A program made the translations under genes and the position numbers. Source: Monosiga brevicollis MX1 (taxonomy: Eukaryota). From it: a stretch of 64,000 nt of DNA. The stretch covers positions 130,256-194,255 of the forward strand of contig NW_001865085.1 of NCBI RefSeq assembly GCF_000002865.3, read 5' to 3'. Below are positions 13,818-27,962 of the stretch, in pieces. The notes under the pieces were generated by a model. It was not told the origin of the DNA and did no database searches. It saw only the letters and a program-made list of their open reading frames with translations. Every line of letters begins with the position of its first letter. The first letter of the stretch is position 1.

Positions 13818-14184
13818 GGTTGCTGGTGAGAGAGAGAGAGAATGGATGTGATGGCTGGAGGCTTGTGAGAGAGTCGGTTCGGCATGTGGGATGCATGTGA
13901 GGGTGGAATCAAGCTGTAAGCAGAGAATGAGCGCCAAGGAGCGTTTGCGGCAGAGGTACGGGGCGTCTTGATTAGAGTATCGTCGTGCAGATTTTCTGAC
14001 ATATAAATGGTGGTCAACTACAGTTTGCAACCATATTCTCTTGGATATGACAATAGTTACGTCTATACACATTGAGTTTATGAAGATTTTATTCGGAACG
14101 TAGAGTTAGTTGATGCAGAGCATTTTGAGGTTAATGCCGTTGCCACCCAGCCCCTTGTTTTGTTGTGCTTCTCAAACACTCACT

Positions 14185-14186
<2 letters not shown>

Positions 14187-14265
<79 letters not shown>

Positions 14266-14378
14266 CTCAAGCTCTCAAGCTCTCTCTCTCTCTCTCTCAA
14301 GCTCTCAAGCTCTCAAGCTCTCTCTCTCTCTCTCTCAAGCTCTCAAGCTCTCAAGCTCTCTCTCAAGCTCTCTCTCTC
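14187..14378. repeat. (CT)n microsatellite grading into (CTCTCAAG)n 8-mer repeat, abutting an assembly gap
   Basis: Direct inspection. Confidence 0.95.
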
Positions 14379-14547
14379 NNNNNNNNNNNNNNNNNNNNNN
14401 NNNNNNNNNNNNNNNNNNNNNNNNNNNNNNNNNNNNNNNNNNNNNNNNNNNNNNNNNNNNNNNNNNNNNNNNNNNNNNNNNNNNNNNNNNNNNNNNNNNN
14501 NNNNNNNNNNNNNNNNNNNNNNNNNNNNNNNNNNNNNNNNNNNNNNN
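14379..14547. other. Assembly gap (N run)
   Basis: Run of n. Confidence 1.
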
Positions 14548-14636
14548 CCTTGCTCGTTGTTGTTGTTGGGGAGAGACGTGCTGATGAGGTTGCAGGGTCG
14601 AGGCGGGGGTTGATATTGACACAGCGTCTGGCCGCG

Positions 14637-17055
14637 ATGGCGGCCACGGGCACGGTTAATGCGTACTCGAACCGCCACCGCCAGATCAACTTGGATCGCC
14701 TGCGACAGGCAGCTGTTGAACAGCGCCAGGAGTCGCAGGAGGATGATCGTCGCCGTGCGCGCCTCCGCCATGAAGCCAAGGAACGCCTCAGGTGGGTCCC
14801 TCGCCCTGCGTGTCCTGTGTCTGGCTCCTCACGGTCGTGGACCGCGTTCTGGCCCATGGCTCACACTTCCCCGGTCAAACAAACATCTTCTCCTGTTTTG
14901 CCCATGTCCCAGGCGTCTGCAGGCCAAGCGAGAGGCATCACAGCAGGCGACCGAGCACAAGCGGCAGGCTCAACTGGCCGCCCGTCGGCAAGAAATTCAA
15001 GACACCAACCATGCCTACCTTCACCACAACGCCGCCCGCCGTCACACGAGTGTCGGTGACCAACACCAATCCCATCCCCACGACACAGCCGACGGCAGCG
15101 ACCACGACTGGGCCCAAGCGCGGTCTTACCATCACCCCCCTCCCGTGCATAGAGCCCCCTCCCCCAGCTTGCAGGGGCCCTTTCCGCAACGCCGAGTACC
15201 TGGCGCCGCCGTTGAAAAGAACATGGCCCGCGACGATGCGCACCGTGATGCCGTCCTCAGCGATGCCTACTCACTCCTGGCCCAATTTCGCCAACACCCG
15301 CCCGACGCTGGGCCACCGCCCCCAGAGGGCCCCTACTCCTATCCCGCTGGTCTTGCCGTTTTTCGTGGCCCCTCTGAGGAGGATATTCAGCGCGTGTGGA
15401 ACTCCATTCGTGACATGACCCACCAGAACAGACCCGCCTACACCAATCATGACCACTTGTCCCGACCGAGTCAGAGCCGCGGCTCCCACCGCCGACACCA
15501 CTTTTCTCGTGAGGCTCCCGCCACCTATGCCGCCAACGCACACCCATATCCCAGCTCGCAGGCTTCCAATGACTCCCCACCGCAACCTGGCCAGTACTAC
15601 GGCAAACTTCATACCCGCTCCTCGTCTCAGGGAGCTGTTGCCCCACCCCCACAGGGCCCGCCGCCCCGCCATGAGCGCCCCTCCCTCCGCACCCACCAAG
15701 ACCCTCGCCACGCCGAATCCCACTCAAACATGGCTCACGCGCAGAACAAGGCTTGGTCTCGTCCCGCCGCACAACCCTATAATCACTACCAAAACAGCGG
15801 TGATGCAGACAGCATCGAGGGGGCCCACGCCCCTCATCCGGCGGCCCACGCGCCGCATCTCGCCCGGACCTACTCCAACTCCTCCCGTGCCTCCTTGCTC
15901 GACTCGATTGACAGCATGGATTCCCTGCACGACAACCCCTCGCCCCCACCCCTGGCAGCCTCGCTCAACTATGTGGCTCGAGGCCGCCGAATGCCTGACA
16001 CCGTGGCTCGACCCCACCATGAACACGCTGCCAGCCCTCTGCCGCCCCATGACCACACCCTCGCTGACCCCCACCCTGACCACATGCTCGTCTTGCGCAA
16101 TTCCACCAGTACCCGCCGGGCTGTCCCGTTTACAAAGCCCGCTCGCGTGCAACGCAGCCCCGCAGGTTCGCCCACCCCGCTGAGCATGTCTCGCGACCCG
16201 GACAGCTCCATCGCTGCCGCCGCTGCCGCCGCTCTACAATCTTCCTCCGAAAGTTTGGACGAGTTCCTCAAACTCGAAAAGGCTGCCGCCCAACACAAGA
16301 GTCCCCGCCCCGCCCCAGTGCAGAATCAAGCCCAGGGACCGCCGCAACACCCCAGATCCAGATACCCGAATCCAGCCAAGAGTAAAGAGCCCAAGCACCC
16401 CCCGGCATCAAACGCAAACAGTGCCGCTCAACACCCAGATTCCGGGCCCTCGCGCCTGCCCCGCCCGCCAGCCAGCGCCTCCACGTCACATGGTGGATCC
16501 GCGGCCTCGCATTACACCCGTCACCGCCAAGTGCGCTCGCGCCCCCGTGCGGATCCTTCCTCTGCTGCAGCAACCGTTACACAGCAGCCTGCAACGAGTG
16601 GACCGTCAAAAATGCCGTCAGCCTCGACTGTGCGTTCGCACACCGCAGCGGCAGCCCCTAGCGTGGCACCCAAGGTCCGAAATTCCATTGATGAGCGTTT
16701 GTTGATGCTTCGCCATCAAGAATCTCAACTTTCCTCGGAGGTAGACGCCCTAAACGGGCGACTTGGTCAGCTGGAAGCAGGTCGCCGCCTCATCTCCGAA
16801 GAAGAGGCCGCCGCTGCTGCCGCCACCACGGCAGACGCAAATGCCCCCTCAGGCCAAGGCAGCATGGCCTCGACTCGCCGCCGCGTGCCCGAACCACCCA
16901 AGCGGCGTCGCCCGCAACCGCCCGCATCGGTCACCGACGCTGCCAGTGCCAGCTCGGCAATGCTTTTGGCCAACTCCAAACCGCGCAAGCGGCGTCCTTT
17001 TAAGCGCTATGTTCGCGCCGAAGGCTACTCGCAGCGTCACACGGGAACGATGTGA
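14637..17055 (+). CDS. Hypothetical protein, largely disordered (P/H/S/A-rich) with N- and C-terminal coiled coils
   Basis: Exon 1 MAATGTVNAYSNRHRQ...ERLR splices (gt~14792..ag~14912) into a ~710-codon open frame ending at TGA 17055. Coiled-coil-like segment LLMLRHQESQLSSEVDALNGRLGQLE. Confidence 0.7.
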
Positions 17056-17245
17056 GTCGATCGATCATCATTGGGCGTTGGCCCACGTTACACAATGTGC
17101 TCCAGGGCTTGCACTTTTTTTTCCACATCTCGATGTTGAGTCACGAGTTAAGAGTTACGAGGCTGTGCCTCTTTTGTGCCACCGGCTGTTGACGCTGAGC
17201 GTCCTGTTGAATCAGGCCCCATGTATGTATGTGTGTTTATGTGTT

Positions 17246-17247
<2 letters not shown>

Positions 17248-17324
<77 letters not shown>

Positions 17325-17341
17325 ACGCGCGCGCGCGCGCG
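17248..17341. repeat. (GT)n then (CG)n alternating purine-pyrimidine tract
   Basis: Direct inspection. Confidence 0.95.
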
Positions 17342-17762
17342 TGGCTTTGAAATGTTTTGGCCACCGTATTAATTCATGGTCAACGATCTTTTGCACGCAC
17401 GCAAGTCATCATTCAAACAGCAACAACACAACAACATAAACAGTGATGCTGCAGCACGTCGTCGTGAGATACACACAGGCATTTGGTTTGAAGGGTGGCA
17501 GCCACGCAGGAAGAACAAATGAAGACGATGAACCAGCCAGCGCTCTACAATTTGCTCAAGCGTCCGCAGCTGTGCTTTGGTGCTGGGACGAGGTTCCAGC
17601 TGTGGGTCGGATGGGCATACATACGGAGAAGATTTACCCGAACTCGAAAACGGATCGTCACCCAAAGCCACGTTGTCCTCTTCCACGCAGGAGCTGAGAG
17701 GGACGAGGTGCGATGCGTTCAAGCACGCCATGTTCGTCGCGGCATGTTGCTTGGCAGGTGGC

Positions 17763-20214
17763 TCAGATTTCATTGAACTTTTTGAGGCGGTCAACTTCAA
17801 CCTGTAGCTTAAGGCGCTCGGCGCGCTCGGCGTCCAGGTCGCTGGTCAGCACTTGCATGGCCTTGCGCAGCTTCTCGACCGTGGTCATCATGTCATTAAT
17901 CTTGCCCTCGAGTGCCTCAAGGTGTGCCTTGTCAACTGAAGGCGCACTGCCGCTCTCCGCTGCTTGGGTAGCCGGTGCGGTGGGTGTGGGCTTTGCGGTT
18001 TTCTGGGCTTCCGGTGCGGGCGCTGGCGGGGACCCTTGCTTAGGCTCAGTGATGGGGGTCTTGGCTGGAATAGGTTCGGGTGCTGGAGTAGGCTTGGGAG
18101 CGGGGTCACCGGCCGGCTTGGGGCGTGCGGCCATGCTCATGGAAGCTCCTCGACTACGTCGGTTATTGAGTTCGCGTTTCCAGGGTGGAATGTCATCATT
18201 CTTGTCTGTCGGCTCTAGACTTTGCGACGAGCTGCTGCGCACGGGGGCGGGAGGCTTGGGCTTGTCGTTGCTAGCCACCGGCTTACTGGCGGGTGGCTTC
18301 AAAGCAGGCTTTTCAGGTCCAGTGGCTGGCTTCTGAGGCGGTGGGATGCGAGCAGCGGGTTTGCTTGGTTTTGGCTTTGGAGGTTCAGTGCTGCTGGAAG
18401 GAACGCTTGGCTTCGGCGCCAACGTAGAGGCCGTGCTGCCTGAGCGGGGAGGCGGCACTTTCTGGCTGATGGAGGGGCTGCGGGGCACAGGTGGCTTGCC
18501 CAAAGAGGTTGAGCGCGCTGGCGGTTGAATGGCAGCCTTTGGCGCTGGGGTTGGAGTGGGTGCGGGAGGCTCGGCTGCCGGCATGCTGTGTCATTGCAAA
18601 AGCCAAGTGAGTGAGGTCAAGGCGTGCGTGGGCGGGACGTGTGGCGACAGCCAAAAAGGAACATAGGGATCGAAAAAAAAATGGCCAAGCAAGTTACGTA
18701 CGGCAGCTCCTCAACAAAATTGTCCGGAAAAAGGCCGGTGCGGCCGTTGAGTTCGCCGGTCAACCAGCCCTCAATTTCTTCTCCCGGCGGTACGGAAACC
18801 AGGGTGATGATGTCGCCAGGCACGAACGAGAGCTCGTCGTCACCCTGCTGCGTGTAATCGTGGATCGCCTGGAAAGACCAAGTAAGAAAGAGTGGGCTTT
18901 GGCTCATGCACGAGTGAGCTGTGGCTCATGGACTTTTTCTTGTCTGGGAGGATGGTTGCACAAGCGCTCCCCACCTTGAATTGTTTTTTGGCCGGTGCTG
19001 GCGGTTTGGTCGGGCCAGTGGTCGGCGGCTTGTGAGCAGCGGGCGCTGCCGCGGGCTCGGCCGGGGCAGAAGCTGGCGGCGGGGGTTTCTTAGCTGAAGG
19101 ATGAGAGTCAAAGGCACCGCCCATGAGACGACATGTGCACGTGTGGAAACCAGCCATAGCCCACGTCGTCCGATACCTACAGCTGACACTCGTCTTGCGC
19201 AAGGCCACGGAACCACCGGCAAAGATGTTGCCAAAACCGATGCCCTGTACTTTCTTGGCTTGGATCACATTGGCATTCTGCATGAAGGAACGAACATACA
19301 CGCAAATTGAGGGGAGAAGCAGGGGCGTTTCCTCATTCGCCGGGGTCTCATGCACACGCAAGCGGGACCCAAGAGGACCATTGCACGAAGCGAAAAGAGC
19401 CGACATTGGCGACAATCACGCACGTCTTGATCATCATCAGCAGCCACCGCCGCTGCTGCAGGGGCGGCACCCGCTGGCGCCGGACATTCCTCGACAAAAT
19501 TGCTGGGGAACAAGCCGGTTTTGCCCTTGTGGATACCTGACGTATACCAAGAAACAGAATGAGAGTAACGGGTGGGATCGGTTGAGGAAGACTGGGGGCT
19601 CTCAAGCGAAGCCATACAGAACAAACCTTCCCACCAGCCTTCGTCGTCCTGATTGACAATTTCAACCACGTCACCGACGGCTAGGGTGAGCTCATCGTCA
19701 TTGGCAGCGTCGTACTCGAACGTGCACTTGCAATACTTCTTGGCCGGCTATGCGTTGCATGTTTTACCCAGAAAGGAGACGCATTATGTCAGGAATGGAT
19801 GTCCCCTGGACCGTTGCCGAGCAATTAGAATGAGCCTGCTCCTTGGCAATCAAAGAAACCAACCTGCGCAGGAGCGGCAATCGGGGGCGGGGCTGGCCGG
19901 CTGGGCGCGGTCGCAGCAGCCGGGGCTGGAGTCGCGGCGGCCGGGGGAGGGGCTTGTACTTCCTCGACAAAGTTGTCTGGAAACACGCCGTGATGCCCGT
20001 GTTTATCTGTGCCGGACCACCAGCCGTCTGAATCTTTGCTGACGTTTGTGATTAGATCTGGTGGGGCAGAACCGCGAATGTCGATAGGTGATGAAAGAAA
20101 ACAAGTCCATGCGCAAGACCAAGGCACGCGAATATCCGGCAGACGTACCGCCCACGACCAGACGTAGCTCATCGTCGTTCTGAGGGTCATACTCGAACAG
20201 CACCTTGACCGTCA
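17763..20214 (-). CDS. SH3KBP1: CIN85/CD2AP-like adaptor (3 SH3, Pro-rich region, C-terminal coiled coil); a short initiator exon lies further upstream (perhaps ~20759)
   Basis: Three SH3 domains (VLFEYDPQNDDEL...DGWW...GVFPDNFV; FEYDAANDDEL...EGWWEG...GLFPSNFV; HDYTQQGDDEL...EGWL...GLFPDNFV). C-terminus LTSDLDAERAERLKLQVEVDRLKK is typical of CIN85/CD2AP. Confidence 0.88.
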
Positions 20215-20655
20215 CTGCAGAGTATTATCATGGCCCATGTGAGGTGTGTGAGTGTGCGTGCGTGTCTTTCGTGCGTGCCTTTCAGGTGAACAACCAAAAT
20301 GCGACATGCAAAAGTGCACGATCAAGAGAGATGGGAGAATAGCCGAGATGGTAAACTTGCCGGACATGCTACTGGTGATGGAAAAGCAGGCAAAGCTTCC
20401 GGTCACACTGAAGCTCAAGGTTCCCCTGCGCGCTGATCCAGCAGCTTGCAGGCCAAGGAGTGCCAAACAGATGAAAAAATAAAGGCGGAACCCGCGAACG
20501 GATCCTAAAGACGCCGCAAGAGAGAATGAATGTGAGGGCCGCATCATGTCGAGATGCCAACGGTTTGAACACCACACGCAGCAATCCATATCCGCAACGG
20601 AGAAATCAAAACAGCCAGGCGGGCTGCCATCTCCAAGATCCAGTGGCACACGACG

Positions 20656-20688
<33 letters not shown>

Positions 20689-21150
20689 GGCTCAACCCCT
20701 CAATCGTCGTTTAGCAAACCAGATGAGCAAGCGCTATACCAGCCATCAAGACAACCCATGCTCCACATGCCCAATGAGAAGAAAGGCGCCACAAAGCAGG
20801 CAGTGACCAGTATCAGCACTACCCCGCTTCCCAGTGACCCACTGGCCAGACCCGCTGCCGTTTCAACTTTTTTTTTTGTGATTTTTCCTCTTTTTTCTCT
20901 CTTTTTTCTCTTTTTTACCTCAAAAACCAAAAAATACAACACCAATAGGTTTACCAAGTGTAACTCATCTCACACTTTAATGCAATGTGTTACTGCTGCT
21001 ACACTTTATCTGCTTGAGTCTCTTCACACCTGACCAAAACGATGACTCAGCAGGAGTAGACGAATACAGTGATGATAAAATAGTATTCCCTCGGTAAAGT
21101 ATAATGCTTTTAACTATAAAGCAACACACTGTAACACTACGGTGCTTTGC

Positions 21151-24100
21151 TTAGGGCCAAACCATGTCGCCACGACAGGGGAGGATTTCGGGCTCGCGGT
21201 GGAGCCAGGCGTCAAAGGCTGCCCAGGCACCTGTCGAGTTGCTGGGTGGGTGCAAGGGGACAGAAGGGGGCCGGGGGTGAGATGGAAATGGTACGGTTCT
21301 GAGGATTGAATCTGCTGTCGACCGGTCGGCAGATGGGACTGACCGAGCCCATGAGGCGCCCCAGGATGGAAAGGAGGCAAGGGTGTCTTTCCAGCCAGGC
21401 CCCGTCGAATTGATCCACCACTTGCCCATGGCCTAAGTCGCTCATGATCAAGCCATTGCGATGAGGCACATGTCCGGCTAGCCAAGCGCATGCTGCCATC
21501 ACCAAGTGCTTCAACCAACACATCTCGCCCAACACGAGAGCATACCAAGTTGTATGTGGCCACGTCCAGGCTAACAGAGGGATAGTCGATGCGGCTGCGC
21601 AAGAGCGCATCAAGTTGTGCCACAAGATCCGGATGCTGCGCATGCACATCGTGCGTTTCCCCGGGGTCATTCACCATGTCAAAAAGCTGTGGCGCCACCT
21701 CCTGGCCCGTTCCATAGGTCACCAGCTTCCAGTTCTACGTGTCCGTGCCCCGGATGAGCCAGACGCACGTATGTTAAAAGCCAACCAACGGACGACCTCA
21801 ATCAAATGCGCACTGCCTTTTCTTTGACTGCATGGCCCACCTGATAGCGAATAAGGTACCAGCTCATGCCCAAGTCAGCGCCGTGGAATTGCGAAATGGC
21901 AAAGCTCGTGTTGGCCAGTGGCTTCTGCTCCACCACGCGCGGCACCAAGGAAATGCCGTCCAAGCCCTCGGGCCGCATGCTAGCCGGCACTTGTCCTACA
22001 GTGTAGACGACGAGGACATCCCCACAGGCGACGCAAGTTGAGCACGGCCCGACAAGACCGTTGCAACCAAGCCGTCCATTCGCTCTGTCACAGACCAAAA
22101 TCCATAAAAGTGGGATAAAGATCCACGTGCTGTGTGGGAAGCGTCTCCGTGTCTGCTTTGATGCCTGGGCCAGCAATCACCAGCGGAACCTAAACAGCAA
22201 TTACCTATTAGTTGGCAGCCATGATAGGACCTCTGCCTGGCGGTGCATGATGCCCAGATTGACTCACACGTGAGGATGGGTCATAGGGTACCATCTTGTA
22301 AAATTGTTGATGTTCCATCTGAAAAGGCAACCCAGAGAGTGACTTGACATCCTCGCGCAGTTTGATCTTTTTGCAAAGTGGCAAACCTGCCAATGAAGGC
22401 CCGAACCTGCATGTCTCCGTGATCAGCCGTGACCACCCAGTAGGTGTTGTCCATCAGGCCTGCCCAGCAACCCAGCCAAGTGGAAAGGAAAGGCAAACAG
22501 ATGAAGAGACGCTCGAAACAGGCGGAGACGTGCCATCAATCAAACGAAGTTTCAGGCCACACGCCATCGATTCTTACCGGCGTCCTCTACCGCCTGCATG
22601 TACTCGCCGACCATGGCATCAAACTCCGCGATCATGGCATAATAAATGCTAGCGATGCCAGATGGGGGAGACGCGACAGCATAGCCAATTGAGGCTCGAA
22701 AAGAACCCACAACACGTGCAGAGCTGTGTCGCCATTTGGTGGTAAAAGTCGAGCAGGATGGCTTGGCGTACCGACGGACCCGGCGGCGTCGATCTTTGGA
22801 GTAAAAGTTGGTGACAGCAGTTGCATTGTCTTGATTGGGCAAACAACCTGGCTCCCCCAGCCCCAAATACATGACGTCCATCACACATGAGCTGGTCCGA
22901 GTCAGCTGCACACAATACAGCCGCTCTCGCACGCTCACACATTGACACATACCCTTGAGCATAACCGACTGAAGGTCACAGGGGTGCAGCTCGTCCAGTG
23001 GAGCCCAGTCGGGCACCGTCACGTCGCTCTCATTAATCATGTTGTAAAACTTCTCACACGTTTGATCTGATGGCATACCCAGCTGAAGTGAGGGCGAACA
23101 CAAGACGCGGAACGTGTTTCGGAACAGCAGATGACAGCCATGCTTTACACACACTGTGTGGCCATTCATCGAGGCCAAGGGTTGCCCCGTCGGTTGCGGC
23201 ACAGGATACATGCAGGCATGAGGTCAAAGTCATGTGTTGGAGATGGAATGGTGGCCAGAGTCAGGATTGCTCGCGCACTTTTCACTTACTGGTGGATGAA
23301 CGATATCCATGCCCTACAGGATCACACATGCCAAATGGTTGCACACCCAGAACAAGAGACTGAGCTTGAGTGGCCAAGGGCTCTTTTTTATTTTCTTTAA
23401 CAAGAGCAGCTAGGAAAACGGGCAACAAGACTACAAACTTGATAAACGAAAAAGGGCTGGCTCTGAGAATGATTGCGAATGTAGGCAACGTTTTGCTCGA
23501 CAAACATCCAGTCGACATCATGCGACCGATTGCCCGGAGTCACGTCCCCTGAGATTATGAATGACATGTCCGGATATTTAACACCTCAACGTTTACGAGT
23601 TGGTGCGTGGGATCAGGACCGGGCAGATCTGAGATATACGGTCGTACCATGAGCGTCACATACAGCACCTTCGCCTGCCTGCGTCTCGGGTTGTTCGTTC
23701 CATCCGCCATTGGTGACGTTATAGGGAAATTGCGTATACCTGTGCGCCACGTGATCAGGCGATTCGGACCCGCTGTAGCAAAGCAGAGAGCGTGCCCAAC
23801 GAACATACATGGTAAAGCACTGCCACCAATTCCACAGGGCGTGGCCACCTATACTCAGGCCAGTGAACAGGTGATTTTTGTGGTTCACCAAGGGCCGAGG
23901 GTTGGCAGGCCAGAAGAGTACAGCAACGTGAGGAAGACACGTCGACGGAGGAACACGATCATGGGGTCGAAGCGCGTGCCACAGCTTGCCTGCGGTCCAG
24001 TCTGTTTTTCCGAGAATGTTGACATCATAGCCGGTGCGGCCGAGCACGTCACCGATCTTCATGTCATAGTCTGGCGCCATGCCCTCATAGTTGTTCCAAG

Positions 24101-24706
24101 CTATGGCGGCAAGGTTGGTGGCACACCGAGCACATGGACTCTGGTGAGGGATGAACATCAAAAAAAAAAATGAGATTGTCTGATTTGACAAACAGCAGCG
24201 TACCTCCATTGACCTGAATGCCGTTGTGGTCGTGTGGAATGCGATGAACATGCCGTCCCTGCTGGATCGAGGTCCGGCTCGGCGCACACACGGGTGCCGA
24301 CACGTAGTGGGTTTTGAACGAGACACCGCCACGCTGTGGTTACATTGATTTGCAAGCCAAAATGGGGTAAGGTGCAATGATGCAGTTGGCCGGCAAAGCA
24401 GCAGACAGACAGTGTGCGTTTTCAGCAAGTCGAGTTTGACCGACGCGCGCGTGCGGAGAGATGGGACGAGGAGCCAACCTGAATCAGCTTGCGGATGTTG
24501 GGCAGAGGCACCGGCGAGTCTTCGTCAAAGGTCTTGGCGTCGATGGATTCGCAAATGAGGAACACAATGTTGGGGCGCGAGCTGTTGGTCATACCCAGGC
24601 GCAGCCTCGATTCGGGCTCGGCGGCTGATCCCAGCCCATGCGAGCCCACTGCCAAGCACCAGATCGCCACCGCCACCAGGACGATCGTCCACCGATCCAT
24701 CTTCAT
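21151..24706 (-). CDS. ARSK: Arylsulfatase K-like formylglycine-dependent sulfatase, secreted or lysosomal, multi-exon
   Basis: Signal peptide, then RPNIVFLICES, CAPSR sulfatase motif, AWNNYEGM, GKTDWTAGGH, YYAMIAEFDAMVG, TADHGDM, MEHQQFYKM and PQLFD. These match ARSK motifs (WNNFKGL, DYTSGHH, YYAMCAETD, EHRQFYKM). Confidence 0.85.
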
Positions 24707-25756
24707 CGAGATGAGAAGCCGCCCACTGCCAAGGGTGGCAACGTGCTTGTAATAGGGGGGGCTTGCCTCTTACCCCAGCACCAGAGCCACCTCAACTCGA
24801 AACACGCACAGAAGAAGAACGAGCAGTGGCCCGCGAGGCGCGCGCACGAGTCGAGTCGTAAGTCAAACATCAACAACGCTCCGAACACACGCATAAACTG
24901 AGTTTTCCTCTACGTTTTTCAAGTATGAAAAGGTTAACATATCTACATTACACCAGTTTTTCACTACATAAGCACACTTTATTGGGTTTGATGCAACAAG
25001 TTAGTATTGTTCTTCAGTATCTCGATGTTATATAATATTGTTATACTGCATTGATCGCCGTTGAGAACTGCATTTATAACATATTTTACTACGAAGCCTC
25101 TCAAGAGTGTTATTGCGTGCATGCATGGATGGTGCTGGGATCCGGTGCTGATCCTCCCGCCACTTTGACCGAAGTCCAGCTTGCCAACTTCAAGCAGGAC
25201 TCAGCATACATGCACGTCACATGCAGGTGTGCATGATGGGCTCCGGCTAGCACACCCAGGCCTACCGGCTGAATCATTCTATTCTTTTCGGGGTGGGTGG
25301 GCCAGACGAGGGCCGAGTGGTGCTTGATGGCCTTTGGCGGGGACGTGGGCTGACACGATAGGGAGAGCTCGGGCATGGGTGTTTTGCATGGTCAAGCGAA
25401 ATGATGGCCTCTTTGCTGCCCTGGCTTGACCATGGCGCATTCGAAAAGCTCGGGTCACGGCCTCAATCTGTTTGACGAGGTCCATGCGTCAAGTCGTCAC
25501 CACACGAGTCAACAACCGCCCCCTCTTGCTTGTGCCTTTGTTCGTGTGTTTCGTGACCCTCCAATCTTCAAACACGTCGGGGTTAGGTGTTACTCACCAA
25601 AGATGGTCAACCGGAGGCCACCCACGGCTTTTCAAAACCAAAGTGCAGAGCATTTTTTGAGCTGGAACCGAGGTTGCCAAGTACAGTGCGTATTCGGATC
25701 CGTCGCTCCATTGGTACCTGATCCCGCTGCCAGTCTTCTACCCTTTGACGAAAAGC

Positions 25757-27017
25757 ATGGCTTGGAGCGCGCTGCCCGCACTGGCCCTCGTGGCCATGGT
25801 GGTCATGGTCACGCCCGGCGCCAATGCCGGTAAGATCAAGCGAGATGACATTATCTACCGCATTCTCAACGTCCACAACAAGGTAGGTACGTGCTGGCGC
25901 AGCGCAGGCTTGCTGCTGGTGCAGGCGCGGTCGGCCGTGGTCCCTCACTTGCAAGCCCGCACGACAGGAACGGTGCAACGTGGAGCCTCCGGCTCGGGAC
26001 ATGACAACAATGAAGTGGGACCCCGATCTTGCCTGGACGGCCAACAAGTAAGCCTTGTCCCAAAGGTAGCGGTCCTTGCCCCGGCACCTTGAGGAGAGCA
26101 TGATGAAGGCGCCCAATCTTGATGCTGATCAAACATTCCCGACTCGCCTGTCTTGCTTGCTTGATTGCTATTGGTTCATTTATTTTTTGGTGGCTGCCCA
26201 AGGGTGGCGAAGAAGTGTGTTTTTGAGCACTCGGAATTCGAGTACCGTGCCAAGAAGTACAAGAAGCGAAGTACGTGCTTGCGTATACGCGCTTGCTTGA
26301 CAATCCGCCCGTGCTCACATGAATGTTTTTTTTTTGTTTTTGTGTTTTTGGTTGCAGCGGGAGAAGACGCCCTCATTGGTGAGTCGCTGGCGTTGGGAAA
26401 CCTCGGCGGCATCAACCGCAAGAAATATGCCAAGATCTTCTCCAAGGTGCGTCCCACACTCCTGGAAGAGAAGCAAAAAAAAGCTGGTTTCGGGCATGGG
26501 GCGCGATGGTGAATGGGCGACAAAACTGACCCCAGCACCAATCCTTGATTCGGTTAGGCTTGGGCGGATGAAAAGGAAGATTGGGACTTTCACGCTCTGA
26601 CTATGGACGACTTTGCCCCCGACTCGCCCCAAGTTGGCCATTACACTCAGGTCCGTGGGCAATCACGCAGTTTTCAAGTGAAAGCCAGCTGCACTGTTTC
26701 TGGCTCTGTCCTCAGCCTACAACCTCTGCGTGGTCACGTTCCCGTAGATGATTGATGCAGACTCGGAGTATGTTGGCTGTGCTTTCAAAAGTTGCGACAA
26801 CAATCAGCGCCTTTTCGTCTGCCACTACCGCACCGCAGGTCAGTGCCTCCGCACGCCAACGGATGCTGCTCCGCACAATTGTCGTCATGTGCGCACATCC
26901 CCTCGCATTCATGCACTGAACCACACATGCATAGGCAATGTTCTGGGCCAGACGCCGTATGAGCCCTGCGAAGACGACGAAGATTGTGCCAACCCAGCCT
27001 GTGACTTTGGCAACTAA
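25757..27017 (+). CDS. Secreted CAP/SCP (PR-1/GLIPR-like) protein, multi-exon
   Basis: Signal peptide; ILNVHN..R; PPARDMTTMKWDPDLA; CVFEHS; GESLA; W.DE; GHYTQ; VGCA...LFVCHY...GNVLGQTPY. Confidence 0.9.
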
Positions 27018-27422
27018 CCGCCTGGAGCAAAGGGCAGTTTGACCGTGTCTTTGCTTGTTTTAAAGCACCCTAAGCCAGCTGTATCTTGCTCAGCAGTAGC
27101 CAACGCTGCGCTCAGGTGGCATTGAATCTCATCTTTGTGAATTTTTGGCATCGTGAGTTGTCAAAAAAAAAAGAGTGGTTGCTTTCAAATTTGGCTTCCA
27201 ACTGTTCTTGCTTTGCTTGCTTTTCTTGCTTTGCTTGCTTGCTCTTAAAGGCAAAACGTGCGAATGTGTGTCTTGTGTGCGCGCTGCTTCCGACTTGGTT
27301 GGTAGTAGGGACTGTAGCTTTGCTTTGAAATTGATTCCACACGGACGTGATCAGACGGACTATCTATAGAATGCTTGTAGAAAAGGATACAACCTGAGCA
27401 TAGGCGAGGGTTGAGGGTGGAG

Positions 27423-27962
27423 ATGGCCATTTTTCACCTGTCCTGCCCGACGCAAAAGAAGCAACTGACAATGGCCAACAACGACCTCCACATCGCTGAG
27501 GCGGCTCTTGGTAATTTTGCGCAAGGGGATATTCAGACCCTCATGAGGCAAGTGTATCAGCGCTTCACCAACGATTTCGAGCGCACCTTCATCTTCTCTG
27601 GGGCCGGAACGTTGCGCACGTCCAGTGATCTCCGGCCCCACATTTCAGCCTTTATATAAAACTACGGCGCCATGATCGAGCTCATTACGGGCGCTGCCTT
27701 GCCGCCCCTCAACTGGGTGCAGCCTGTCGATGGATCTCGTTCCGCCCGAACAACCGCAACCCACCGAAACCACAAGCTCATTCTTGCCTACTACTCGCTG
27801 ACGTTTACGGCCTACGCCAAGTACTGCCAAACTCTGCGGCGCCGCATTGGAGAAATGTACGTGCCAGGCGAGTTGATCGTCAACATCGAGGACGAGGAAG
27901 ACCCTGTCGAGGAAGACCCTGTCGAGGAGGACCCTGGCAACCTCGCTGCTCTGGAGCTTTGA
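27423..27962 (+). pseudogene. Intronless ~180-codon frame interrupted by a single in-frame TAA (27657-27659); unknown product
   Basis: ORFs 27411..27659 and 27672..27962 share a frame and are separated only by one TAA. The frame looks coding-like inside an AT-richer intergenic region and has an acidic 15-bp tandem repeat tail. Confidence 0.4.

Noticed and set aside
14110..14857. ORFs reading SLSLSL/ERERER/XXXX
   Set aside because: Artefacts of microsatellites and the N gap. The same applies to ORFs at 38546-39255 and the VCVC/HTHT ORFs at 17.2, 50.7 and 53.3 kb.
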